A stretch of 64,000 nt of DNA, taken from the NCBI GenBank assembly GCA_964106915.2, contig OZ066921.1, one strand, 5' to 3'. A program made the translations under genes and the position numbers. This DNA is from Podarcis gaigeae (Eukaryota). Shown here piece after piece: positions 13,951 to 24,930 of this stretch; the stretch's first letter is position 1, and each line of letters begins with the position of its first letter. The notes under the pieces were generated by a model. That model was not told the origin of the DNA and made no database searches. It was given only the letters and a program-made list of their open reading frames with translations.

Positions 13951-16900
13951 GCTTTGTTCAATGCTAATCCTAGTTGGGGCAGGAAGATGGATTTCCTACC
14001 CTTCCCCCTAGTCATTTAAGGTGTAGTAGCTCCACAGGCTACAAAACCAACTACACAGTGTGAGCGTCATGGGTTATGAATCTATTTGCATACTGAACTG
14101 ATCAATTGTGCCCACGCCAATGGACCACCCCGTCCCTATGGCAAAAATGCTTCTGTCTGAGCAATTGTTAAGTTCTTATTTATTCAAGTAATGGCAGGGG
14201 AAGCCCTAACGCTTCTGCCCCACAGTACTGTACAAAAATTCTTGGTCAAATAACCAAACCAAACTGTGTGTTGGATTTAGTCACACAAACTAGCAGGCAT
14301 GACTAAAAAGTTGTTCCTGTGACTCAAGAGCATACAGACCGGAAACCTTATTTATACAAATATTGCTCCTTTGGGCCTATATCCTGGACTCTCCCCGCTG
14401 TACTACCAACCCCACCCCACTTTATTCATAACCATCAGCAGAGAGCATCCCTCAGACTAATTAAAAAAGATGATGTTTTCCCATGATATATCACTATAGG
14501 TGAAAAGTGTGTTTGGAGCAAGGATGTGAATAGTTGAAGAATCCACGAGGAAGGATGCAGTGTCTCTCTGCATACTCTGTTCACACATCACACTTGAATG
14601 AGGGGGTTCCTGCCTACAAGGAACAGGACACCCAACGTGAGGGGCAGAAGGCAGGCTCCAGACAAACTAAGAACAAATCTCACTCAACTATTTTGTTTGG
14701 AATAAGACAAACCACCATCCCAGTTCAGATGACTTGCCAAGCCAAAACATGGCTTAGCTCATAGTAGCACTAGAGGCAGTGCAACCTGGGAACCCATGCA
14801 TTGATGTGAAGCCATGGTTTAGCATGAAGCTTAGCATAATGCGCAGAGTGAGGCACCATTCAAAACTCTGAGCGGCATGTCTTCCATCTCATAAAATGTG
14901 GGAGCAGAACACAGTTCTGCCCCTACCATCTAGGCAGCCAGCCACTAATCTCCCTCAGAAATAGCCTTGCTCATCTAAAGTATGAATTTCTAAACTCTTG
15001 ATGATAGAAGTACATTTTTTTACTGAGTTTAAAATGAAGAAACACACTTCGTCAAACTTCAAAAGGTTTAGAGTGCGCAAGAGTAAGAATTACACTATCT
15101 GTAGCCCAGCATATTCCTGCAAGAATTGTGCCTCTGGGCTTGCTTTTTGTCAGGCAGAAAACCCAGGGCACTGACTGGTGGAGGGATGCAACAGGCAACC
15201 TCTTCCTGCAATCCTTGGAGGTAGATAATTCTGTAGCGTCAGAAATGGCTGAATGATCCAAACAAAGACAAGGCAGAATTACCCACCTCCATAGAAGGTG
15301 GAAAAAAGAAAGCCAGAGGCCTCCCTTCAATGGATCATGCAGACTGCCTTCTGTGGGCGGGCACTCTGGGCTCTCAAAAAGGTTTCTATAATTATGAAAG
15401 AACACATACAATTTGGGAATTACTAATCTTAAAAGCAAGAGGAAATCAGCTGCTAGTCTCCCCTAGAAACTGCCTGGCTCATCACACAGCAGAACACTCA
15501 CTCCAACCTGAAGTGCCTGTCGTCCTCCCTCATCCCTATTTTAGCAGACAACCTCCACATAGCTTACCAGTACCATCTTATCTCCACAGGAAGATTATTG
15601 TCCTCAGGCTTTCTCATATGCCATTCCTCATTTCATTTCAAGTTTGCCCTAGTCCCCAGGAATTTCTTACTCATCGCCAGTACATCCCCAGGTCTCCAAC
15701 CTACTATTTTAAACTCTAAGGAAATCTCATTTTCTAGACAAGACGTATTCAAGATTATATAGCAGGGATAGGGAACCTGTGGCCCTCCAGATTATGGTGG
15801 CTGCCAACACCCATCAGCTCTAGCCAGCAAGGCAAATGGTTGGAGGACCACATCCATCCTTGTTACTCACTATGTTATCAATCCATGTATTCATTCATTC
15901 AAATTTAAAGTCACCATTCAACATGATTACAAACAAAACCCTCTATTTTAAAGCACTTCCAAAAGAATGCAACAAATTTAAAACCATAATTAAAACTTTA
16001 AAAATACAGCTCAGCAAGTGAACAAACAAACAATCAATATTAGCAAAGAGGGTTAAGGGCTAGTAAAAGTCAAGCTATTTCCCCCTCCGTACTCAACACA
16101 CTATTATGTTTGGCAACAGAAAAGTGGCCGGAGTAGTTATTCCTTGAGGATCAACAATCAGCCTCACTCATTTAGCTGCACCTATCACAAGGACAGAGGA
16201 GTGGTGAAAGTGAGCTTAGTATTGTTTCATACTGGAGGAAGAAACTGAGAAGAAAATTGTAATCACCACAGATTTAAGCTTGGCCCAGCTCACCGACCAT
16301 AATAAAGAGCAGGTCCATGTGGAATGTTGTTTATCTTCTTCCTACCAGCATGCAGAGGAACTATACCATGATCTCTGGTTACATAAAAAAACAGTTATCA
16401 CTGTGATTTACTTTGCTCCAACAAAACATACCAAGCAAGCCAAGAACAAACCTTGGCTACAGATGGCGATTTGCTGTGAGTGAAACAAACCATGCAGCCT
16501 GGGTTCGTGGTTTGCTTCTTCCACGTGCATGAAAGGAGAAGTAAGCAGGTGTGCTGAACTAGCAAAGGGTAAGCCACAGCTACATCGTGCTGGAAGACAT
16601 TGCTTCATACCCTCCCATGGCAGATACCACACATTCAAAGATTCTGGTTTCTTAAACCTCAGGCACAAAAAGGACAAAGACCATTATCATTGCCTAAATA
16701 AGCAGCACCAATGTCCATAGCTACATGATTGCAAATGATAACTGCTGCTACTTTAATGCTTTAGAGCATTCAAACCACTTCACATAATTTTTTCTTAGCA
16801 AAGCAAAGTAGGCAGTCCTTCACAAGGGGGAAACTGGGCAGCTCACAATCCTATACCACAGCAACCCAGAGGCAAGAAATGCTAGTATTAACACTGCTAC

Positions 16901-17331
16901 TATGAAGCAGAACCCAGGTAAATGTGCTAGGATAAAGAGTATGAATGTGTATGCACTAAAAAGCCATATTTAACAGAAGGGAGTCTATTGGTAAGAAGAG
17001 ATATTTTACCCTGTGTGTTATACCCTGCCCCCCAAAGACCAAATTTCAATGCATTCTTTGAAAGAGGACTCGCCCTCCCACAAAACATTTATCTGGGTGC
17101 TGTTAGATAACAGCTGTGTCAATGCCAGCATTTCTAACCTTCTGGGCTGCTATCCTGGAGGACTCTGAGCTGTCAAATGCTACCTGCCTACTGAGAGAAA
17201 TGCATGCAAAGTGCCCTGAAGAGCTGCACTTAAAACAGTAGCTTTCGTCACTGTTATTAATGACATAATTATGATTACCGTTATCATCGCAAACGACACC
17301 TTAGAGGGTAGCATTGTGCTGCAGCAGCACT

Positions 17332-17398
17332 ATTTGTTAGTCTTTAAAGGTACCACAAGGCTCTTTTCTTTCTGCAACGGTCCAACACCACTACCCTT
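17332..17398 (+). mobile_element. Degenerate Penelope terminus remnant
   Basis: ttgttagtctttaaaggtaccac...ccaacaccactacc resembles 19611-19685; the ribozyme part is missing. Confidence 0.45.
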
Positions 17399-18360
17399 CA
17401 GAAAGCTGTTATCCTAATGTAAGCAATAACAACAATACTGTGTATTAATTGCATGCATGTGGGTTATCATGGAAGTCAGATGTGGCTCAACTTTCTTGGC
17501 CTGAGGACCACATTCACCCTCGGCCAACCCTCTGAGGGCTGCATGGCAGTGGTGGGTGTGGCCACCCCACACTCTTGTGTGTGCACCCTCACATATACAG
17601 CCACCCCTTCTCAGGTAATCCATACCAAACAAATGTCCATTTCTACACCCATCAATCTGACATCTGAGGAAAACTCTGAGGATTTGCAGGCACACCAGGC
17701 TCAACCCACTTTAGTGCTGCATCTACTTTAGTTCCAGTTTTCTTTTTGCTGCCACCACCCAAATTAGCAAAATCTTGTGGGAAGGGAGAGAAAAAACTGC
17801 TGAGTGTGGTGGTGGTGGGGAGAGCAGATCAGGCCCCCAATCTGAGGGCTAGCCACCCATAATGCAAGCCATGTATTAGATACTAAAATGATGTAAGACC
17901 ATGCATATGTATGATATGTATACACACACTTGTGCCACTATCACCTGTGTATATATGTATATGCATACGTACATATGTGTGGATCAGTTATGCACATCTG
18001 TTATCAGAGAGAGAGAGAGAGAGATTAAATAGATCACACACGCACAAAGGCATTGTACACATGCAGGCTCCTTCCCACCCTCAGCCTCACTGCCAGGACT
18101 TTCATCATTGTCACAATTAATGAATTAAAGCTTGGGGCGGGTTACAGCGTTAAGACACTATTAAAAAAAAATTTAAGAGAAATTATCATCCCCCTGTGCG
18201 CTGGGCTTCTCCCCACTCGCCCATCCACCCGCAGGGCCCTTTCTTCGCTCCTACTTCAAGATCAGGATCAGGCCCTGCCCTCCCCCCGCCCCTCCACTTC
18301 CTCCCCCGGCCCTCTCCCCTCCCTCTCCTTCCCCGCCAGGCGCCCCTCCTCTCAACTCAC

Positions 18361-18600
18361 CTCAGCCGCTCCACGCTGGCTGCCGCCTTCCATTCAGCCC
18401 GTCAAGGCCAGAGAAGAAGCGCCGTGCTGGCGGCGGGCAGTGGCGGGGCGGCCTCTTTGTGCCACCGCGCGCCTATTTCTCCTCAGCCAGCGGCGGGAAG
18501 GAAAGGCGGCGGCGGCGGCGGAGCAAGAGGCCTCCGCGGACCCTCCCTGTTCCGAGAGCGAGCGCGCCGCGGCTCCGCCCACCTCCCCGCCAGGCCGCCG
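18361..18600 (-). other. RSPRY1: Probable non-coding first exon of RSPRY1 (5' boundary approximate)
   Basis: Lies in the CpG island and has a strong minus-strand donor GCTGAG|gtgagt at 18361/18360. The TSS cannot be determined from sequence. Confidence 0.6.
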
Positions 18601-18959
18601 CCGCTCCTCGCTCCGTATCCCCAAGGCAACTAGCCACGCCCCCTCCTCTTCGTCGCTTTCCACTCACGCGGCCCATTCTCAAATTGCTAGAAGCGAAGCT
18701 CCGCCCACGCCGCTCGGAAGGGAGGCTGGCCAATCCTAAGCGCCCGCCTGTCCCTTCCCACCCCTATTATTTTTTTAACCAACCCAGTCGCAGACGCCGT
18801 TTTCAGGACTCGCTGGTTTGTTTGCGACGGAAGCCTCGGTTGGCTGGATCGATGGGTGAGGAAAAGGAACGCGGCGTCCGATTGGGTGATTCGGAGGCGG
18901 AAGAGGCGGGGGTAAAGGGGGCGGGGCTGTCATTGGTACGGCCGGGATTCCGTCCACAA

Positions 18960-19017
18960 AGGTGGGCTCGGGAGGAAGAGGAAGGAAGGCCCCGCTGGAG
19001 GGGTCCATGGCGGAGAG
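18960..19017 (+). other. PSME3IP1: Probable first (5'UTR) exon of PSME3IP1 (start approximate)
   Basis: Donor GAG|gtgggt at 19017/19018, downstream of the CCAAT and GC boxes. An alternative donor G|gtaact at 19081/19082 cannot be excluded. Confidence 0.5.
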
Positions 19018-19556
19018 GTGGGTGTCGCGGGCCGCCTTCCGGCTCTAAGAGGCCGTTGAGACTGGGGGGAGAGCGGGGATGGTAACTGGAATAGCGAAAT
19101 TATTTATTAATAATGAATGATAATTAAAATAAGTTATTAACAAGATATTCTATCCTAGTAGTAGTAATAGTAGTAGTGCTGTTATTTATTTATTGCCCGC
19201 CACTCACCCTTAGGCCACAAGGCGGGTTACAGCGTTAAAACACAATTTAAAAGCAACTTATGGATGGACCCTCGTCCTTACAGTTTTCTTAAAATCTAAT
19301 GTCTGGACCCACACAATGAGGATTAATATTATTGATATAATACCGATGAAACGCTGTTGATAGCAATGCCATTGTTTATTAAAGCTACGACTGTACTTAA
19401 AAAAATTATTTAAAGCAATATATAAAATTTCTTTAAAAATAAGTTTTCTCAAGGTGGCCTCTAGTTAATGGGATATACATTTAAGAAGCAACATCTGCAG
19501 CTATTTTCAACTTAAAAACAGGATTTAACTTTAAAGCCTTTTGCACTCCTGTAAAA

Positions 19557-19692
19557 TCTGTGTATCTGAAGAAGTGTGCATGCACACGAAAGCTCATATC
19601 AAGAACTAACTTAGTTGGTCTTTAAGGTGCTACTGGAAGGAAAAAATTTTTTGTTTTGACTATGGCAGACCAACACGGCTACCTATCTGTAA
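19557..19692 (+). mobile_element. Penelope-like retroelement terminus (pseudo-LTR fragment)
   Basis: Reptile PLE-type end sequence (ctgaagaagtg...cacgaaagctcata...ttagttggtctttaaggtgctact...cagaccaacacggctacc), flanked by the direct repeat CTGTAAAA at 19549-19556 and 19693-19700. Confidence 0.8.
19562..19599 (+). ncRNA. Minimal type-I hammerhead ribozyme motif
   Basis: GTAT-CTGAAGA-A-GTGTGCATGCACAC-GAAA-GC-TC-ATAT: both core boxes, stem II, a palindromic stem III (AGCT) and a 4-bp stem I. Activity is untested. Confidence 0.65.
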
Positions 19693-21474
19693 CTGTAAAA
19701 AGTCATATTACTATTTCAGATGGGGAGTAGTTTAAAATCCAGCTTCTAATTTCAGTTAAAAGCAGATTGATATAAAAAGGTTTTTAAAGCTTGCAAGCAA
19801 GGAGTGTTACATATGTAAGGCACCTTGTTTGTTTAAGAGGGAACGGTTGTGACACCTGTACCTTCCTCAGGTTGTGAACAGTAAGGGGGCAAGTAATTGC
19901 ACTCATTGCAGTCTTTTTTTTCTAACTGGAGGAACCTTTTTAAGTGTGAAGGAATTTGAGTGAAATAATTCAGATTGATGAGAGGTATTCTAGCTAAGGG
20001 ATCTGTAAGGCGCCAGTAGGCCAGCCTTTTCTCAGGTGCAAGCACTGGTTGACTTAATTCATGATTGGAGTCACCTGCTTGCTCAGAGCAGCTGCATCCT
20101 GACATTAAAAACTGCATGCTGGCTCAGCTTCTTCCTTTCATTACAAAGCTGTTTTATCCTGTGTGCAACACCTGCAGATCCATTGCTGAAACTCCAAGGT
20201 CTATGTAAGATAAAATAAATTCTGCACTGAAAAATAAATGATGTAAGCAGTGCTGTTTTGTTCAATATATGTGTAATTTAGCTCAGCTTCCATTTTCGCA
20301 TAATGGAGAATAAAATTCTATTGCTACTCATGGAAGTGAGAGGTGAAGGCCACTTTTTTAAAAGGGGGATTAGACAATTCAGTAGAAAACATGAGGTTTG
20401 TCAAGAACGACAAGTCATGACTATATACTGCTGCCAAGATTTGTGATGGGTGTGTCTCTCAACGGTTACTGGGGAGCAACAGCAGGAGATAGCATTTGTT
20501 CCAATATCCTGCTTATTGACTTTCCAGAGGCATCATCGTGTTGGCCATTGTGGACGATGGGATGCTGGACTAGATATGACTTTAGTCTTATATTGCAAGG
20601 CTTTTTAATGCAATTCATATAATATGCATAAAAAAACATGGCATGGAGATGGCTACTATGCAGACCCTGTAAGAGACTAAATGATATCTGTTTTTGACAA
20701 ACATGTCCTGTTTTGTTGCTGTGTACAGCAAATGGTGGAATTTTACAGGTGATAGCCCTGACTTTTCTGTTAAGAAGGAACTCCTGTTTCTGATTAATGG
20801 GGAAAGTGGGAGACTGAATTTAACATTTCAGTCCATAGAACAGAGAGGGAATGTATCAGGTCCTCTACAAAACTTCCCCCAGGACACATTCTCTTTTCCA
20901 TATCTATTAAAGGCAGCAGATGTCTGGAAAGTTAGCAGCACTGTGGGGTCACTTCTTCCACAATCCGTTTGTGGCAAATGCTCGACATGTCAAGTCCAAG
21001 TAGGAGACAGTACCACTTTAGTGCTTGCTATAGGGCATAAGCTGCCTCCTTCCTGCCTTCCCGTAATTCATTGGGCTTTGCCTCTGGTCTTCTGCGGTAG
21101 TGGGAAATAGTAGTGGTGCAGCATAGTAGATGTAGGCAGAAATATTGTAGGCATGCTTCTGACTCTAATTTATTTCTCACTGAGATGGTCTACAGACAGT
21201 GTATTTGGACTGTGCCATTGCAGGGTGGGAATTTACCTTACTGAATACTTCTGTGTGAAATGTACCTCCCTCTAGAAAACTGTGTGTCAAGGAAATCTAG
21301 CCTAGCCTTCTACCTGAAAACTGGTTTCCTATATGCGTGGATTGGGTTAAGGATTATTTGCATGGCAGTGCACTGCATGGCCAGTTCTATGCCAGAGAGT
21401 TCAGTGTGTCTCTATATGTAGGGAATAGAAATTGTCCTGCTCCTAACTCTCTTCTCTGCACAGGCTGCTCCACA

Positions 21475-21604
21475 ATGGATGGAGGAGAAGGTAGTGCCGA
21501 CCTCGTGATTAACAAAAGGTTTGTGTCTGAAGCGGAGATAGAAGAGCGGCGCAAGCGAAGGCAAGAAGAATGGGAGAAGGTTCGGAAACCCGAAGACCCT
21601 GAAG
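21475..21604 (+). CDS. PSME3IP1: PSME3IP1 (FAM192A/NIP30/PIP30) coding exon 1: [43 protein letters not shown]
   Basis: Acceptor ctctgcacag at 21463, start acaATGG, donor GAAG|gtattt. The peptide is the NIP30 N-terminus. Confidence 0.96.
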
Positions 21605-21868
21605 GTATTTGACTGTTGATTGGGGAATTGCTGAATAGAGAGGTAGTAGGAGAGCTCAGACTACCGTTACAATACCGATCAATCCCTCAAAGCCTGCTCT
21701 ACCTGAAACTCCTCCACATGAGAGATTGTTGGAAGTTATCCATCTTCACCTTTTCCTATCTAGCCACAGGTAGCTTATCTGTTGTCGTAGGATATTTTAC
21801 CTCTAGTGAAATGGGGCCAGAACATCCTAGGGTTCTGGGAGACAAACCTTTTTCAACAGTCCGTAGTA

Positions 21869-22355
21869 CAGTGGTACCTTGGTTCTCAAACACCTTGGTA
21901 CTCAAACAACTTGGAACCCAAACACTGCAAACCTGGAAGTAAGCATTCTGGTTTGCAAACCTTTTTCGGAAGCCAAACGTGCTCTGTTTTGAGTGTTACA
22001 CTTCTGATTTGAGTGCCACACTTCCGCTTTGAGTGTTACGCTGAGGTCTGCCTGTTTTTGATATTTTGCGTTTTTGTTTTTGGGACTTTTTTGTTTTGTT
22101 TTTGGGACTGTGTGAAACCCAGTTCAACTACTAATTGATTGATTGTGTGACTGTAGTACATTGTTTATTGCTTTCATTATATGGATCAATGGTCTTGTTA
22201 GATAGTAAAATTCATGTTAAATTGCTGTTTTAGGGGTTGTTTTTAAAAGTCTGGAATAGATTAATCCATTTTGCATTACTTTCTATGGGAAAGTGTGCCT
22301 TAGTTTTTGAATGGACTTCTGGAACGGATTAAGTTTGAGAAGCAAGGTACCGCTG
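21869..22355. mobile_element. Tc1/mariner (Tigger-like) MITE
   Basis: TA|CAGTGGTACCTTGGTTCTCAAAC ... GTTTGAGAAGCAAGGTACCGCTG|TA. Confidence 0.85.
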
Positions 22356-22357
22356 TA

Positions 22358-22552
22358 CAGGGGTACCTTGGGTTAAGAACTTAATTCATTCTGGAGGTTC
22401 ATTCTTAACCTGAAACTGTTCTTAACCTGAGGTACAATTTTAGCTAATGGGGCCTGCTGCGCTGCCACCACACTTTTCTGTTCTCATCCTGAAGCAAAAT
22501 TCTTAACACAATGTTCTATTTCTGGGTTAGTGGAGTCTGTCACCTGAAGCTT
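22358..22552. mobile_element. Truncated Tigger-like MITE, same family as 38909-39134 but in opposite orientation
   Basis: Starts CAGGGGTACCTTGGGTTAAG directly after the shared TA. The interior is the reverse complement of the 38.9-kb copy; the far TIR is lost. Confidence 0.75.
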
Positions 22553-24257
22553 GTACAAAAACAAATTGCAAGAGCTTCTAAGGACTTAGTGGGACAGAGT
22601 AGGATCAAACGGAGACTAAAGACTGTTTAGGCAGGATTCAAACACTCAGTTGTTACTTTTTAGCACAGTAATGATGAGGAATGTGTTGCAATTTTTGAAG
22701 CATTTAATATCTTGTTATGTAAATATTAAAGGAACAGCTCTGTGAAGCAGGTCAGCACTATTTTATTAATGCAGCGGGGGTGGTGGAATGGGACATTGAA
22801 ACTGCTAAGAGCCATTTGCCTGAAGCAGGGATAGGGAGCCATAGGTTGCCTTTCCATCTAGCCTGACCCCTTCTCCAAGTTCCTCCCCTCCTCCTTTGGA
22901 TGAAGAGATCTGTTGCATTCCTGATTGGCAGAAGCATCAGAGCAATGGGGAGTGGTGGAAGTAGCACGGCTGCCCTCTCTTCTCCACCAATCAGATGGGT
23001 AGTATCAGGGAGGGGTGGTTGGGTTTACTTTCCCACTCCCTCATTCCAATGGCAATCTTGGACACTGCGATTTAATTTGAGGGAAAGTGTTGTAGCAATA
23101 TGAGGCGGACCTTCACTGAGATTGCAGGGAAGGAAGGGGGAGTGGTGTTAGGTGGTGGTGGGTTTAGGTGGTGGTGGGTCCCACCTCCAGTATATGCCCC
23201 TTCCTGGCTGCTTTTTGTTTAAGCTTCCATAGCCTAAAGCCACTAAGCGAGTTCATAGCAGATGTGAGATTTGAATCCAGGGTTCTTGCTCTGCTGTTCA
23301 GCTTCACAGTCACGTTACTGCAGCAGCTTGCTGGGGTATTAGGGAGCAATGTTTTGGAGGTTCTGTGGTTAGAGCATCTATTTCACAAGCAGAAGGTCCC
23401 TGGTTCAACTTCTAGAGGCATTTCCACATAGGACTCACAACAGCCCCTTCTTGAAATCCTGGAGAGCAACAGCCAGTCAGTGTTGACAATACTGAGCTGA
23501 TGGGCCAATGGTCTGATAGCTTCCTAGGCTTCTGTGCTAATAAGGAGGCAAAATCAGTTGGATATGCTGAGGGGGCAGCCTTGCACAAAGCAATCTCTTG
23601 AAAACAGCAGAGCATAAGGGATGGAGAAGTGGCTGCATTTTGCTCCCCCTGTGATTCAGGAAAAGTTCATCAGGGCAAGTTCTTGTTGAGTGTTTGTTCT
23701 TGGGGCAACATTTTGATTTGGAGAAGATACATTATTGTTACTCCCATTTGGGTTAAGCTTTTGCATTTATATTGTTGGCCTTGCTATGAATGAGTTGTTT
23801 AATCTGCATGCATATTTATACGATGTTTTCCTTACCCTTATGTGTATGATTACAGAAATTTTGTTATGTCTTGTAATTGTTTGTGAGTTACTTTGCTGTA
23901 TTTTATTGTATAAAGTTTTCTGAAGTTGGAGCCACCTTGAGCATGGCTTACCATGAGAGTCAAACAAACTGTTGATGAAACTATCAGCAAAGTCTGATAA
24001 ACCTGGCTTGTAAAGAGCCACTTGCCTATTGCGTATAGTCAGAATCCCTTTCAGGTGACAAACAAATGGATCTTCACAGAAGTTGCTTCTCATTTCCTTT
24101 TGGTCCAAAAACGGTTAGCGGGTAGCATCAAGGCTAGTAGACCTGGAATGTCTCTGAGATTATTGGCAAGGCTGCCAGAGACTGTACTGGGAGCAAGTTT
24201 TATCTCACGTACCTTTCAAAGTGGCCACCTGTACAACTTTTCTTCTCCATCTCCCAG

Positions 24258-24356
24258 AATGCCCCGAGGAGGTGTACGACCCCCGCTCGCTCTACGAAAG
24301 GCTCCAGGAGCAGAAGGACAAGAAGCAGCAGGAGTTTGAGGAGCAGTTCAAGTTCA
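24258..24356 (+). CDS. PSME3IP1: PSME3IP1 coding exon 2 (99 nt): [33 protein letters not shown]
   Basis: ctcccag|AATGC...TTCA|gtaagt; phases 1/1 fit the neighbouring exons; contains the NIP30 motif [10 protein letters not shown]. Confidence 0.96.
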
Positions 24357-24808
24357 GTAAGTTCCAGTAAGCATCTTTGTGAATCCTGATACAGGGGAGC
24401 CGCACTGAACGGCTTCAGTACTTTTTGTGAAAATCCTGTCCTGAGAAAAGCAGGGCCCTATATCTCTGAGCTCCTTGAAGAATTCTGAGAACATGACAAT
24501 TTCTGGGGACAAGGAGAAGGAACAGGAGCCTGTCTGCCAAAGTACTGGCAGAAGAGGGGATGTCCTGGTTCCCGTAACATAGCTGAGCCATTGCTAGCAT
24601 GGCTGCCTATCTCTGCACTTGTCTCTAGAGGCTAGAAGAGACCATGTGTTCCCAGCTCCAGAGTTTGGGGCAGAAAGACCTCCTGTTAAAGCACTGCATT
24701 GTCACGTGGATCAGAATAGGAACATGCTGCAGAGGAAGGGCAAGATGGTGCTGGCTTTGCAGCTAAATGGCTTATTCAAGTTTGTTCTCCTGTCGCCTCC
24801 TCTTTCAG

Positions 24809-24930
24809 AAAACATGGTCAGAGGCCTAGACGAAGAGGAGACCAAGTTCCTCGATGAGGTTTCTCGGCAGCAAGCGCTAATAGAGAAGCAGCGGCGAGAA
24901 GAGGATCTCAAAGAGCTGAATGAGTACAGA
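24809..24930 (+). CDS. PSME3IP1: PSME3IP1 coding exon 3 (122 nt): [41 protein letters not shown]
   Basis: tctttcag|AAAACATG...TACAGA|atatcctttg, ending at a U12 donor. Confidence 0.95.

Larger units (their letters stand above)
18190..19085. promoter_or_regulatory. CpG island / bidirectional promoter of RSPRY1 (-) and PSME3IP1 (+)
   Basis: The only long GC- and CpG-rich non-repeat block. It has CCAAT at 18730-18734, ATTGG at 18881 and 18932, a GC box GGGGGCGGGG at 18917-18926, ETS-like CGGAAG at ~18715, ~18828 and ~18898, and outward-facing splice donors on each side. Confidence 0.85.

Noticed and set aside
18053-19085. Several long Pro/Arg/Ala-rich ORFs (up to 228 aa) on both strands
   Set aside because: Expected stop-codon depletion in a GC-rich CpG island; low complexity and no family similarity.
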